The notes under the pieces were generated by a model. That model was not told the origin of the DNA. It did no database searches and saw nothing but the letters and a program-made list of their open reading frames with translations. Source: Alphaproteobacteria bacterium (GTDB taxonomy: Bacteria > Pseudomonadota > Alphaproteobacteria > Bin95). From it: a stretch of DNA of 64,000 nucleotides. Shown piece by piece: positions 1 to 10,424 of this stretch (within the stretch, counting starts at the first letter, position 1; every line of letters begins with the position of its first letter). Both the position numbers and the translations under genes were made by a program. The stretch spans positions 3,177,689 through 3,241,688 of the forward strand of contig OZ244041.1 in assembly GCA_965215305.1 (NCBI GenBank), read 5' to 3'.

Positions 1-756
1 GTCGGCAAGCCCCGTCTCCAGCGCGACCTCGACGAAAATCAATGGCTCGTCCGGCATGCTCGGATGGAAGAAGGCGTAGCATCGGCGGTCCGAATCGAGC
101 CGGTTCTTCAGGTCCTGCCAACTCCGGATGGCATGCACGGCCTCATAGTCGATCAGCTTTTCCAGCAGTGAGGCCGGGGCGTTCCAGTCGATCCGCCTCA
201 ACTCCAGGAAGCCGGCGTCGAACCAGCTCGCCAGCAGGCGCTTCAAATCCTTCTCCAGACCCGAGAGCGCCGCATCCTCACGCGCGAAGCGGATCAGGTC
301 ATAACGCAGATCGACCAGAAACTTCACGCCGTCGGCAAGCGCATTGAATTGCCGCAGCAGGCGTTCGCGCGGGGGGCCGAGAGCATCCCGGAGCGCATCT
401 TCCGCAGCCGCCCGGCCCTCGGGCGCGGCCGCCTCCAGTGCCTTGATCGCCCGACCGACCGCCGCCGGGTCCCGATCGAACTCTGTCGCCAGGATGGACA
501 GGTAGCGGCGGCGTCCCGTCCCGGACAATTGGAGATAGGCCCTGCCGAGATCGACCGCGCGGCTGCGCGCCGAAACTTCACCGCCCCGGCCCTCGAGGCA
601 GGCCCAGAAGCGCTCGCGTATGCGCTCTGCATCGCCTTTTGTCAGATCGGGATCCGGATCGAGGCCGTCGCCGCCGATCAACCCGCGCACGGCCTCCTTC
701 AGCCCCGCAATCGTGCGGTCGAACAGTCTGGAGACTTCTGCTTCGGACCGGCTCAT
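1..756 (-). CDS. Malonyl-CoA decarboxylase (MCD), N-terminal ~250 aa; the gene continues past the window start
   Basis: Manual reverse-strand translation from ATG at 756-754 gives MSRSEAEVSRLFDRTIAGLKEAVRGL...CYAFFHPSMPDEPLIFVEVALETGLAD, the conserved MCD catalytic-region motif. Missing from the ORF track because no stop lies inside the window. The start overlaps the nnr stop (ATGA). Confidence 0.7.
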   Translation of the reverse strand, partial: MSRSEAEVSRLFDRTIAGLKEAVRGLIGGDGLDPDPDLTKGDAERIRERFWACLEGRGGEVSARSRAVDLGRAYLQLSGTGRRRYLSILATEFDRDPAAVGRAIKALEAAAPEGRAAAEDALRDALGPPRERLLRQFNALADGVKFLVDLRYDLIRFAREDAALSGLEKDLKRLLASWFDAGFLELRRIDWNAPASLLEKLIDYEAVHAIRSWQDLKNRLDSDRRCYAFFHPSMPDEPLIFVEVALETGLAD

Positions 757-2225
757 CTCATATGCACCTCGCGCAGAACGGCCGGCAACATGTTCGGCAA
801 GTCCTCCGCAATCAAGCCCGGCCCGAAGGCCGCCGCCGCCTCCCCGTGCAGCCATGTTGCCGCAGCCGCCGCCTCGAAGGCGGCCATGCCCTGCGCCATC
901 AGCCCGACGGCCATGCCGGCCAGCACATCGCCGCTGCCTGCGGTCGCGAGCCAAGGCGGCGCATTCGCCGAAATCGCCGCGCGACCGTCGGGCGCAGCGA
1001 CCACACTGTCAGCGCCCTTGAGCAGCACGGTCCAGCCGCTCGCCGCCGCTGCCGCACGCGCCCTTGCGAGCCGGTCGCCGCCGAATGGAAAGAGGCGCGC
1101 GAATTCGCCGTCATGGGGTGTCAGCAGCCCGGCATCCCCCCGACCCTCGGGCAAATGTTCCGCCATCGCCGTCAGAGCGTCGGCATCGAGCACGACCGCT
1201 CCGGGGCGTGCGCAGGCCGCTTCCACGGCGTCTGCCGTTTCGGGGCCGAGGCCCGCGCCGGGGCCGACCAGCACGGCATTCTTGCGCTTGTCCTCCAGCA
1301 GGCGCCGGAAGTCCTCGGGCCTGCTCCGCCGCACAACCAGCGCGGCGGGCAGCGAGACCGCATAGACCGGCCAGGCTTCGTCCGGCGCGGAAACCGTCAC
1401 CAGACCGGCGCCCGCCCGCATCGCGCCCCGCGCCGCCAGCCGCGCCGCGCCGGTCGTCTCCGCCCCGCCCCAGACGACGGCATGGCCGCGCGTGTATTTG
1501 TGGCTCTCCGGCCCCGGAACGGGCAGCGTCCACAAGTCCGGGCCGTTCTCGAAGGCGGCGGGCGCGATCTCGTCCAGCACCGCCTCCGGAATACCGATAT
1601 CGGCAGTGACGATCTCGCCGCAATGCAGCCGCCCGGGCAGCAGCAGATGGCCCGGCTTCTTGCGGAAGAAGGTGACCGTGAGCGCTGCGCGGGGGGCATG
1701 GCCCAATACCGCGCCGCTGTCTCCGGCAATGCCGCTCGGCAGATCCACCGCGACCAGCGGCAGGCTCGCCGCCGCTTCCAGCACCTCGCGCGCCGCGCCG
1801 GACACAGGCCGTTTCAGCCCGGCCCCGAACAGGGCGTCGATGACCAGACAGGCATCCCGCAGCGCTGCAGGACCGAGCGGCTCGACCGGCCCCCGCCAGT
1901 GTCGCGCCGCCTCGGCCGCATCGCCGGAAAGCGCTGTGCGCCGGCCGAGCAGCGCCACGCGCACCGGCCAGCCGGCGGCTTGCAGCCTTTCCGCCGCGAT
2001 AAAGCCGTCGCCGCCATTATTGCCGGGCCCCGCCAGCACCAGTGCAGGCCGCGGGCTCCAGCGCCGGCGCACTGCCTCGGCGATGGCGGCGCCGGCCCTG
2101 CGCATCAGCTCGAAGCCCGGATGTCCGTGGTCCACCGCCAACCGGTCGGCCCGGCCCATCTCCTCGACCGTCAGCAGCACCGAGCGGCCGCGCATGGCGG
2201 GAGGAACGGCTTCGTTCAGTCCCAT
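753..2225 (-). CDS. nnr: Bifunctional NAD(P)H-hydrate epimerase / ADP-dependent NAD(P)HX dehydratase (YjeF-N + YjeF-C)
   Basis: The 601-aa ORF contains a YjeF-N motif (ALVLAGPGNNGGDGFIAAERL) and a YjeF-C carbohydrate-kinase region (HKYTRGHAVVWGGAETTGAARLAARGAMRAGAGLVTV). I chose the start at MGLNEAVPP (about 2226); upstream of that the frame runs antisense through the nudix gene. Confidence 0.85.
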   Translation of the reverse strand: MGLNEAVPPAMRGRSVLLTVEEMGRADRLAVDHGHPGFELMRRAGAAIAEAVRRRWSPRPALVLAGPGNNGGDGFIAAERLQAAGWPVRVALLGRRTALSGDAAEAARHWRGPVEPLGPAALRDACLVIDALFGAGLKRPVSGAAREVLEAAASLPLVAVDLPSGIAGDSGAVLGHAPRAALTVTFFRKKPGHLLLPGRLHCGEIVTADIGIPEAVLDEIAPAAFENGPDLWTLPVPGPESHKYTRGHAVVWGGAETTGAARLAARGAMRAGAGLVTVSAPDEAWPVYAVSLPAALVVRRSRPEDFRRLLEDKRKNAVLVGPGAGLGPETADAVEAACARPGAVVLDADALTAMAEHLPEGRGDAGLLTPHDGEFARLFPFGGDRLARARAAAAASGWTVLLKGADSVVAAPDGRAAISANAPPWLATAGSGDVLAGMAVGLMAQGMAAFEAAAAATWLHGEAAAAFGPGLIAEDLPNMLPAVLREVHMR

Positions 2226-2887
2226 TCCATGATGCGCTTGCCATAGAGCGTCTTCACGACCGGCACCGGCCGGCTCATGTCGTGCAGCCGGTCTTCGGCG
2301 AGACGGGACTCGATTTCCTTCAGCACGAGCGCCGTGATCGGCCGAAGCTTGAGGCGCTGCGCATCGGCCAGCCGCACCCAGTGCAATTTGAGCAACTCGC
2401 CCGACCCCTCGCTCAAGTCGCCCCGCACATGCTCGGCATCGATCACGAAGAAGCGTGCGTTGAAACGACGCGGTCTCCCAGGCGGCGTTACGGCCCGGTG
2501 GATATAGGTGAGCCTGTCGAGCGCCGGAGCATAGCCGCTCGCGTAGAACTGCCGCCAATCGTCTGACAGGCCGTCGGGCGCAGCGCCGTCCACAGGCTCG
2601 CCCACGATCAGTCCGGCTTCCTCGAAGGTCTCGCGCACCGCTGCCAGCGCCAGCGCCCTGGCCCGCCGCGCTGTCGCGGAGGAGCGCAGCCGTTCCTCGA
2701 CCTCCGGGCGCAATTCGCGCGCCGCCGGCGCATGGCCGTCTTGCGGGTCCACCCTGCCGCCGGGGAAAACATAGTGCTCCGGATAGAAGACATGGCCCCG
2801 CGAACGTTCGCCCATCACAACCTCACCGGTATCCCGGCGGAGGATGACGAGGGTGGCTGCGTCGCGGATCGGCGTTCTAGCCGGCAT
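2216..2887 (-). CDS. NUDIX hydrolase (CoA pyrophosphatase-like)
   Basis: 223-aa ORF with a Nudix box (GGRVDPQDGHAPAARELRPEVEERL...RETFEEAGL). Its 3' end overlaps the nnr start, which suggests an operon. Confidence 0.7.
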   Translation of the reverse strand: MPARTPIRDAATLVILRRDTGEVVMGERSRGHVFYPEHYVFPGGRVDPQDGHAPAARELRPEVEERLRSSATARRARALALAAVRETFEEAGLIVGEPVDGAAPDGLSDDWRQFYASGYAPALDRLTYIHRAVTPPGRPRRFNARFFVIDAEHVRGDLSEGSGELLKLHWVRLADAQRLKLRPITALVLKEIESRLAEDRLHDMSRPVPVVKTLYGKRIMEWD

Positions 2888-2930
2888 CTCTCACAAAGGT
2901 CACGGCCTGCGCCGCGCCCCGGACGGGCCG

Positions 2931-3008
2931 TGGGGTGCCCAACCGGATTTGAACCGGCGACCTCCTGGACCACAACCAGGCGCTCTAACCGACTGAGCTA
3001 TGGGCACC
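2931..3008 (-). tRNA. tRNA-His (anticodon GTG), with G-1 and an encoded CCA
   Basis: The reverse complement reads GGTGCCCATAGCTCAGTCGGTTAGAGCGCCTGGTTGTGGTCCAGGAGGTCGCCGGTTCAAATCCGGTTGGGCACCCCA. It has a cloverleaf with a GTG anticodon loop, a TPsiC arm GGTTCAAATCC, an 8-bp acceptor stem with the His-specific extra 5' G, and a 3' CCA. Confidence 0.9.
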
Positions 3009-3211
3009 ACGCGGACAGCCTCACAAGGAAGAATGCCATCTAGGCCGTCCGCCCCCCGAAGGTCAAGACCGGAGACGCTTGCATCCATAGCCGTCGCGGA
3101 CCCGGCCGGCCGTCGTTTCGTCCAGCGCCTGGCGCCGGTCCGGGCATTGCGGTGGATTTCGGTTTTGGCCATAGTCCCGCGCCGTCCGCAAAAGACAGGA
3201 TACAGGCCGCT

Positions 3212-4375
3212 ATGCTTCGCCTTGCCGACAACCTGAACCGACTGGGAACCGAGACCGCTTTCGAGGTCCTGGCGCGGGCGGCGAAGCTACAGGCCGAAGG
3301 CCGCGACATCATCAATCTCGGCATCGGCCAGCCGGACTTCAAGACGCCGCCGCATGTGGTCGAGGCGGCGGCGCAGGCGCTGCGCGACGGGCATCACGGC
3401 TACACGCCGGCCAACGGCATTCCGGCGCTGCGCGAGGCGGTGGCGGCGGATATTGCACGCTTTCGCGGCGTCGAGGTCGATCCCGACCTGGTGATGATCC
3501 TGCCCGGCGGCAAACCGACCATGTTCTTCGCCATCATGATGTTCGGGGAGCCGGGCGCCGAGATCGTCTATCCCAATCCCGGCTTCCCGATTTACGAGTC
3601 GATGATCGCATATACGGGTGCCACGCCGGTCGCCATGGCGCTGCATGAGGAGAACGGCTTTGCCTTCTCCGCCGATGAGGTGCTGGCGCAGATCCGCCCC
3701 TCCACGCGGCTTCTCATCCTGAACAGTCCCGCGAACCCGACCGGCGGCGTCGCACCGAAGGCGGAGATGGACAGGCTGGTCGCCGGTCTCGAGGACCATC
3801 CGCATGTGGCAATCCTTTCCGACGAAATCTACAGCCGGCTTCTTTACGAGGATAACGAGCATGTCTCGCTGCTCGGCTATGAGAGCCTGCGCGAGCGGAC
3901 CATCCTGCTGGACGGCTGGAGCAAGACCTATGCGATGACGGGCTGGCGGCTCGGCTACAGCGTCTGGCCCAAGGCGCTGTTTCCGCTGGTCGAGCGGCTG
4001 GCGGTAAACTGCCATTCCTGCGTCAACGCCGCCACACAATATGCCGGCATCGCCGCTCTGAACGGACCGCAGGACGCCGTGGAGACCATGCGGCAGGCAT
4101 TCGATGCACGCCGGCGCATCATCGTGCGGGCGCTCAACCAGCTTCCCGGTTTCCGCTGCGTCGATCCGGGTGGCGCATTCTACGCCTTCCCCAATATCGA
4201 GGGCACCGGCATGAGCGCACGCGAACTGCAGAGCCGGATGCTGGAGGAGGCGGGCGTCGCGACCGTGGCCGGAACCAGCTTTGGCGGACATGGCGAGGGC
4301 TTCATCCGCTTTTCCTACGCAGCGAGCGAGGAAGACATAGAACGCGCGGTGGAGCACATCCGCACGGTGCTGTAA
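3212..4375 (+). CDS. PLP-dependent aminotransferase, class I/II (aspartate/aromatic aminotransferase family)
   Basis: 407-aa ORF with a fold-type I aminotransferase signature (NLGIGQPDF..., PANPTG, and the lysine region SFSKTYAMTGWRLGY). Start chosen at MLRLADNLN; the upstream M at 3152 is also possible. Confidence 0.8.
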   Translation: MLRLADNLNRLGTETAFEVLARAAKLQAEGRDIINLGIGQPDFKTPPHVVEAAAQALRDGHHGYTPANGIPALREAVAADIARFRGVEVDPDLVMILPGGKPTMFFAIMMFGEPGAEIVYPNPGFPIYESMIAYTGATPVAMALHEENGFAFSADEVLAQIRPSTRLLILNSPANPTGGVAPKAEMDRLVAGLEDHPHVAILSDEIYSRLLYEDNEHVSLLGYESLRERTILLDGWSKTYAMTGWRLGYSVWPKALFPLVERLAVNCHSCVNAATQYAGIAALNGPQDAVETMRQAFDARRRIIVRALNQLPGFRCVDPGGAFYAFPNIEGTGMSARELQSRMLEEAGVATVAGTSFGGHGEGFIRFSYAASEEDIERAVEHIRTVL

Positions 4376-4411
4376 CCGCCCGTTAGACAGGCAATCGGAA
4401 TGCCTATGAAA

Positions 4412-4436
4412 TGCGCATATGATGCAGATATGCGCA
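4412..4436. promoter_or_regulatory. Perfect 9-bp inverted repeat TGCGCATAT-N7-ATATGCGCA upstream of glnB (possible NtrC-type enhancer or regulator site)
   Basis: The palindrome is read directly from the sequence. It lies about 65-90 bp upstream of a sigma-54-like -24/-12 element. Confidence 0.3.
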
Positions 4437-4458
4437 AATCCTGTCATCGCACGGCTGA

Positions 4459-4896
<438 letters not shown>

Positions 4897-4952
4897 GAAC
4901 AGGAAACCCCGGCGCAAGCGCCGCCCCGGAACAGAGAGGGAGCCTCCAACTC

Positions 4953-6374
4953 ATGTCGCTCAACTGCAAGACGCCCGACGATGTGCTCAGGGCAATCCAG
5001 GACAATGATGTCCAGCATGTGGACCTGCGGTTCACTGATCCGCGGGGGAAATGGCAGCACACCGCCCAGTACAAGACGACCATCGACGAGGATGTCTTCG
5101 TGGATGGCTTCTTCTTCGACGGCTCGTCCATCGCCGGCTGGAAGGACATCAACGAGTCCGACATGATCCTCATGCCGGATCCGACGACAGCGGTGATGGA
5201 CCCGTTCATGGCGGAGAACACCATGGTGCTGTTCTGCGACGTCCATGAGCCGTCCACCGGCATGGCCTATGACCGCTGCCCGCGCTCGGTCGCCAAGAAG
5301 GCGGAGGCCTATATCCAGGAAGCCGGCATAGGTGACACCGCCTATTTCGGCCCGGAAGCCGAGTTCTTTGTGTTCGACGACGTGCGCTTCGACGTGTCGA
5401 TGAACCGGACCTTCTTCAAGATCGACAGCCTGGAAGGCCCCTACAATTCCGGGACCGAGTTCGACGAGGGCAATCCCGGCCACCGGCCGGACGTGAAGGG
5501 CGGCTACTTCCCCGTAGCACCCGTGGACAGCGGCCAGGACATGCGCTCGGAGATGGTCTCAACCATGGCCGAGATGGGCCTTGACATGGAGAAGCACCAT
5601 CACGAGGTGGCGCCTTCCCAGCATGAGCTCGGCCTGAAATTCGGCACGCTGGTCGGCTCCGCCGACGCACTGCAGATCTACAAGTATGTGACCCATATGG
5701 TCGCGCACAGCTACGGCAAGACGGCGACCTTCATGCCGAAGCCGGTGATGGGCGACAACGGGTCCGGCATGCATGTCCACCAGTCGGTCTGGAAAGACGG
5801 CCAGCCGCTCTTCGCCGGCCATGGCTACGCCGACCTCTCGGAGTTCGCGCTGCACTATATCGGCGGCATCATCCGGCATGCGAAGGCCATCAACGCCTTC
5901 TCCAATCCGCTCACCAATTCCTACAAGCGGTTGATCCCGGGCTTCGAGGCGCCGGTGCTGCTGGCCTATTCGAGCCGCAACCGCTCGGCCTCCTGCCGCA
6001 TCCCCTATGTGGCGAGCCCGAACGGCAAGCGCGTCGAGGTCCGCTTCCCCGATCCGGGCGCGAACCCCTATCTCGCCTTCGCGGCGATGCTGATGGCGGG
6101 CATTGACGGCGTCATCAACAAGATCCATCCGGGCGAGCCGATGGACAAGAACCTCTACGACCTGCCGCCGGAGGAATTGCAGGGCGTCCCGACCGTCTGC
6201 GGCTCGCTCCGCGAGGCGCTGGAAAGCCTGGATGCGGACCGGTCCTTCCTCACGCGCGGCGATGTGTTCACTGACGATCTGATCGACGGCTATGTCGACC
6301 TCAAATGGAACGAGGTCTACGCCCTCGAGCACACGCCGCACCCGGTCGAGTTCAAGATGTATTACAGCGTCTGA
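4953..6374 (+). CDS. glnA: Glutamine synthetase type I
   Basis: 473 aa with GS-I motifs ([24 protein letters not shown], and the adenylylation-site region NLYDLPPEE). It sits directly downstream of glnB, the usual arrangement. An RBS (AGAGAGGGAG) precedes the ATG. Confidence 0.92.
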   Translation: MSLNCKTPDDVLRAIQDNDVQHVDLRFTDPRGKWQHTAQYKTTIDEDVFVDGFFFDGSSIAGWKDINESDMILMPDPTTAVMDPFMAENTMVLFCDVHEPSTGMAYDRCPRSVAKKAEAYIQEAGIGDTAYFGPEAEFFVFDDVRFDVSMNRTFFKIDSLEGPYNSGTEFDEGNPGHRPDVKGGYFPVAPVDSGQDMRSEMVSTMAEMGLDMEKHHHEVAPSQHELGLKFGTLVGSADALQIYKYVTHMVAHSYGKTATFMPKPVMGDNGSGMHVHQSVWKDGQPLFAGHGYADLSEFALHYIGGIIRHAKAINAFSNPLTNSYKRLIPGFEAPVLLAYSSRNRSASCRIPYVASPNGKRVEVRFPDPGANPYLAFAAMLMAGIDGVINKIHPGEPMDKNLYDLPPEELQGVPTVCGSLREALESLDADRSFLTRGDVFTDDLIDGYVDLKWNEVYALEHTPHPVEFKMYYSV

Positions 6375-6399
6375 CCCGACGGCAGCCTGCAACAAGCGC

Positions 6400-6435
6400 G
6401 AAGCCTCGCCCCCCGGGCGGGGCTTCATCCTTTCC
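6400..6435. terminator. GC-rich 12-bp-stem hairpin between convergent glnA and acyl-CoA synthetase genes (bidirectional terminator-like)
   Basis: GAAGCCTCGCCC-ccc-GGGCGGGGCTTC is a perfect stem-loop 25 nt after the glnA stop. It lacks a strong T-tract, which is common in high-GC genomes. Confidence 0.45.
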
Positions 6436-6449
6436 AGGCAGGGCGGTTC

Positions 6450-7979
6450 TCAGGGGTCGGCCTGCCCCGCTTCCAGGTCACGGAGTTCGGTCTTCACGAC
6501 CTTGCCGTAATTGTTCTTGGGCAACGCCTCGACGAAGCGGTAGGCCTTGGGGCGCTTGAAGCGGGCCATGCGGTCGAGGCAATGGCGATCGAGCGCATCC
6601 GGCGCGGGTCGGGCGCCGGCGGCAACAACATAGGCAATGACAGTCTCGCCCCATTCCGGATCCGGCCGGCCGATCACCGAGACCTCGTCGACGCCCGAGT
6701 GGGTCAGCAGCACCTCCTCGATCTCGCGGGGATAGATATTGACGCCGCCCGAGATAATCATGTCCTTCGAGCGATCCTTGAGCGTCACATAGCCTTCCTC
6801 GTCCAGGATGCCGACATCACCCGTATGCAGCCAGCCGCCCTTCAGCGCCGCTTCCGTCGCCTCCGGGTTATTCCAGTAGCCGTTCATCACGACCTCGCCG
6901 CGCACCTGAATTTCACCGATCTCGCCAGGTGGCAGCGTGCGTTCGTCCCCATCCGCAATACGCACTTCCACATTGGAGAAGGCCCGTCCCGCCGAGGCCA
7001 GCCGTTCCTCGTAGCGCGGATGGTCCACATCCGCGATCTCCTCGCGCCTGAGGCTCGTGATCGTCATCGGGCATTCACCCTGCCCGTAGATCTGGATGAG
7101 CTTGGGTCCCCAGAGTTCGAAGGCGCGCTTGGCGTCGGCCACATACATCGGCCCGCCGCCATAGACGATGGATCGCAGATTCGTAACATCGGCGCTTTCG
7201 GCCGCCGGATGGTCGATCAGCCGCTTCACCATGGTGGGCGCGGCGAAGAAGCTGCTGCCCCTGTAATGGCGGATGAGCGCGAAAATCTCCTCCGGGTCAA
7301 ACCCGCTCTCCGGCACCACCTGCGGGCTTGCCCGCGCGACATGGGGAATGTTGTAGCAGCCGGAGCCGTGGCTCAGCGGTGCCGGGTGCAACGCTGCGTC
7401 GCCCTCGGCGATCTCGTCCACATCGGAGAAATAGCCGAGCGTGCAATGCAGCAGGTTGCGGTGCGAAAGCGCCGCGCCCTTCGGCCGGCCCGTCGTGCCG
7501 CTGGTGTAGAACAGCCAAGCATTGTCTGTCGGCGCGACATCTGCAAGCCCGAGCCGCTCGCCTTCATAGAGCGCCCGGAACGCCGCCTCGCCCGCGACGA
7601 TCATGCGGTCCACATCCGACAGGTCGTCGCAAACGGGAGCAAGCGCATCGGCCAGGTCCGGCGTGACGGCCACGAAACGCGCGCCGGAATTCCCGAAGAT
7701 ATAGGCGAATTCGTTCGGATGGAGCCGCGCATTGACCGGCACGGCGCAGAGGCCCGCATGCCAGATGCCATAGAGCATCTCGATGAATTCGGGGCAATTT
7801 TTCATCGCGATCGCCACGCGGTCGCCGGGCCTGAGGCCAGCGGCGCGCAGCGAGCCGGCAATGGCGGCGACACGGTCGGCGAGTGTGCGGTAGTCGGCAT
7901 GGGGCGCGAAGCCGCGCGCGAGCGCCAGATTATCGGGCCTCGCGCGGGCAGCGCGGATCAACAGGGCGGCCAGGTTCAT
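6450..7979 (-). CDS. AMP-dependent synthetase/ligase (acyl-CoA synthetase family)
   Basis: AMP-binding motif YTSGTTGRPKGA, plus the C-terminal region GWLHTGDVG...DRSKDMIISGGVNIYPREIEEVL. Start chosen at MNLAALLIRAA. Confidence 0.8.
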   Translation of the reverse strand: MNLAALLIRAARARPDNLALARGFAPHADYRTLADRVAAIAGSLRAAGLRPGDRVAIAMKNCPEFIEMLYGIWHAGLCAVPVNARLHPNEFAYIFGNSGARFVAVTPDLADALAPVCDDLSDVDRMIVAGEAAFRALYEGERLGLADVAPTDNAWLFYTSGTTGRPKGAALSHRNLLHCTLGYFSDVDEIAEGDAALHPAPLSHGSGCYNIPHVARASPQVVPESGFDPEEIFALIRHYRGSSFFAAPTMVKRLIDHPAAESADVTNLRSIVYGGGPMYVADAKRAFELWGPKLIQIYGQGECPMTITSLRREEIADVDHPRYEERLASAGRAFSNVEVRIADGDERTLPPGEIGEIQVRGEVVMNGYWNNPEATEAALKGGWLHTGDVGILDEEGYVTLKDRSKDMIISGGVNIYPREIEEVLLTHSGVDEVSVIGRPDPEWGETVIAYVVAAGARPAPDALDRHCLDRMARFKRPKAYRFVEALPKNNYGKVVKTELRDLEAGQADP

Positions 7980-8076
7980 CCGGGGTCTCCGGCAGGGGGT
8001 GGCCACCAGTCAAGCAAGCCTCGCCCTGCCCGTGCAAGCCCCGGTACCGGGGCAGGTGACCGTCCGCCGGAGATCG

Positions 8077-8946
8077 TCAGCAAGCGCCGGCGGCCTCCCT
8101 GAAGCTTGCAAGCGCGCGGATGCGCTCTTCCACGGACTCGACCCTGTAGAGCGGATAGAGCGTCAGCAGGCTCGCGCCGAGCGCCCGCCAGCCCTCTGCT
8201 GCCGCAGCCCATTGCTGCGCATCCGGCGTGTCGGCGCGCATCCAGGCGTCGATGCCGAATGAAGCGGGATCGCGGCCTTCCGCTTCCAGCAGGCCGTGCA
8301 TGGTCTCGACCAGTCGCTTGCCGCTGTCGTCGGGCCGGGCGATGGGAATCCATCCGTCGCCCATCTTCGCCGTGCGGCGCAGCACGGCCGGATGCGTGCC
8401 GCCGAACCAAATCGGGATCGGCCGCTGCACCGGCAGGGGGTTGAGCCCGGCTTGCGAGAAGCCGTGCCAGCGGCCCTCGGTCGTCACCAGCTCCTCGGTC
8501 CAAAGCCGGCGCATCAGCGACACCTGTTCCGCCTGCCGGGCGCCGCGCGTCTCCCAGTCCTCGTTCAGCGCCTCGTATTCGACGAAATTCCAGCCCGTGC
8601 CGATGCCGAGCCGGAGCCGCCCGCCGGAGAGGATATCGACCTCCGCCGCCTGCTTGGCGACCAGCGCCGTCTGGCGCTGCGGCAGGATGAGTACGCCGGA
8701 GGCGAGCCCGATGCGCTCCGTGCAGGCGGCCAGATAGCCCATGGTGACGAAGGTCTCGTGGAACTGGTCGCGATGCGTGTAGGGCGGCTTCCAGCCTTCG
8801 CGCGAAGCAGGGTCGGCGCCAAGCACATGGTCCGGCACGGTGATCCAGTCATAGCCCAGCTCTTCCGCCGCCTGCGCCCAGTCGCGCATGGCAGTGAAGT
8901 CGGAGCCGAAATCCCTGGTCGGAAAAAAGGCGCAAAGCCCGGCCAT
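8077..8946 (-). CDS. LLM-class (luciferase-like) flavin-dependent oxidoreductase
   Basis: Motifs DWITVPDHVLGADP..., ILSGGRLRLGIGTGW and a TIM-barrel LLM signature. Start chosen at MAGLCAFFPT. Confidence 0.7.
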   Translation of the reverse strand: MAGLCAFFPTRDFGSDFTAMRDWAQAAEELGYDWITVPDHVLGADPASREGWKPPYTHRDQFHETFVTMGYLAACTERIGLASGVLILPQRQTALVAKQAAEVDILSGGRLRLGIGTGWNFVEYEALNEDWETRGARQAEQVSLMRRLWTEELVTTEGRWHGFSQAGLNPLPVQRPIPIWFGGTHPAVLRRTAKMGDGWIPIARPDDSGKRLVETMHGLLEAEGRDPASFGIDAWMRADTPDAQQWAAAAEGWRALGASLLTLYPLYRVESVEERIRALASFREAAGAC

Positions 8947-9008
8947 CGCTCGTTCCCGTCGCTTCGAAGCCACCAGTATAGAGCGGCCCTGCCGCGCGCG
9001 CCTGCGGC

Positions 9009-10424
9009 ATGCGGTCGGATGACATCCGGATGATCGGGAACATAGAATCGACCTTCATGACACTTCGGACACAACGCCTCAGGGACCCCGTCCACGGTCT
9101 GATCGTCTTCGAGAAGGATAACGCTCTGGCCCAATTGGCCTGGAAGCTCATAAACACCCCGGAATTCCAACGACTTCGACGGATCAAGCAGCTTGGAGTT
9201 TCGGAGTTCGTCTTCCCCAATGCGGTCCATACCCGCTTCGCCCACTCCATCGGGGTGTTTCATACCGCGCGGGAACTAGTGCACATCATTGAGCGTGAAA
9301 CCGCAGCCGATTCGACTTTCTCTCAACCGCGCGCCGATGTAGCGACCATCGCTGCCCTGTTGCACGATCTGGGCCATGGCCCGTTCAGCCATACCTTCGA
9401 GGGAGTGCAAGAATCTCGCGGCATCGAGAAGCGGCACGAAAAATGGACCGCCGACATCATCCGCAATACGGATGGGGCCATTCGTCCTCTGCTTGAGACG
9501 CATCGTGCCGGCTTAACAGATGAAGTGGCCTCGCTTGTCGCGGCGGAGGACCCGACCGACATCTATCACGCTGTTGTGTCGAGCTCTTTCGATGCGGACC
9601 GCCTGGACTACCTCCGGCGTGATAGGTTGATGACGGGGACCGGCGCGGGCGCCATCGATTTCGACTGGCTGATGGAGCATGTCCGCGTTGCCGAAATCGT
9701 GAGCGACGCTCCAGAAAGGGTTACGGGCGAAGATGCCTCCACAGTGGCGACCTTCTGTCTGGACCCGAAGGCGCTGCCCGCGGCCGAGCAGTTCCTGTTG
9801 TCGCGCTACGCCCTCCACGAGCAGGTCTATCTGCACAAGACGACCCGCTGCATTGAAGCCATGATCGGCAAGCTGTTGAGACAGATCGCAAAGACCGTCG
9901 GGGAGCCCGATACGGCATCGGCTCAAACGGGCCTGGAACCGAACCACGTCCTGCTGCGCTTTTTCGCCCCGGGCGGCGAGACCATCCACAACTATTTGGC
10001 GCTCGATGACCTCGCCATCACTGGTTCGCTGGAGCGAATGCGACAGGGAGACGATCCAATGATCGCTGAGCTGGCGGCGCGGCTTCGCGAACGGCGTCTT
10101 TACAAGACGCTCGACCTTGGTCGCTTCGGGTCCGACTTCGGGAGGCAACGTCAGGCCGCGCGAAGGATCGATCACGAGTTCGAGGTGAAGCTCGGCAACG
10201 GCACGGTAATAAAGGATGAGAACGCCTCGGTTGGCATCTACACGCCGATTGGCGGCGACGAGGACAAGATGCACAATAAACTGCACATCCTCGACGCCGG
10301 TCGGCCCCGCGAAATCACGGAAATGTCGAAGATGATCGAGACACTGGCCAGCAAGCGCCAATTTACGCGATACTACTTTGCCGATGCGGCGGATCGCGAT
10401 ATCGCGGCAGAAAGGGGGCGGTGA
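9009..10424 (+). CDS. HD-domain phosphohydrolase, SAMHD1/dGTPase-like (putative dNTP triphosphohydrolase)
   Basis: Motifs RDPVHGLIVFE, LINTPEFQRLRRIKQLG, FPNAVHTRFAHSIGV (the H...HD metal site), LLHDLGHGPFSH and SSFDADRLDYLRRD match the dNTPase-type HD fold. Local GC is about 55-58% against about 68-70% in the flanks. An alternative start at MTLRTQRL (9057) is possible. Confidence 0.75.
   Translation: MRSDDIRMIGNIESTFMTLRTQRLRDPVHGLIVFEKDNALAQLAWKLINTPEFQRLRRIKQLGVSEFVFPNAVHTRFAHSIGVFHTARELVHIIERETAADSTFSQPRADVATIAALLHDLGHGPFSHTFEGVQESRGIEKRHEKWTADIIRNTDGAIRPLLETHRAGLTDEVASLVAAEDPTDIYHAVVSSSFDADRLDYLRRDRLMTGTGAGAIDFDWLMEHVRVAEIVSDAPERVTGEDASTVATFCLDPKALPAAEQFLLSRYALHEQVYLHKTTRCIEAMIGKLLRQIAKTVGEPDTASAQTGLEPNHVLLRFFAPGGETIHNYLALDDLAITGSLERMRQGDDPMIAELAARLRERRLYKTLDLGRFGSDFGRQRQAARRIDHEFEVKLGNGTVIKDENASVGIYTPIGGDEDKMHNKLHILDAGRPREITEMSKMIETLASKRQFTRYYFADAADRDIAAERGR

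Noticed and set aside
639-2246. A 535-aa + strand ORF, and the overlapping 349-1365 and 1064-1609 ORFs
   Set aside because: They are antisense to the well-supported nnr/MCD genes. They are Arg/Ala/Pro-rich low-complexity translations typical of spurious open frames in DNA of about 70% GC, and they have no motifs.
6582-8102. A 506-aa + strand ORF
   Set aside because: It is antisense to the AMP-binding acyl-CoA synthetase gene. Its composition is biased and it has no recognisable domain.
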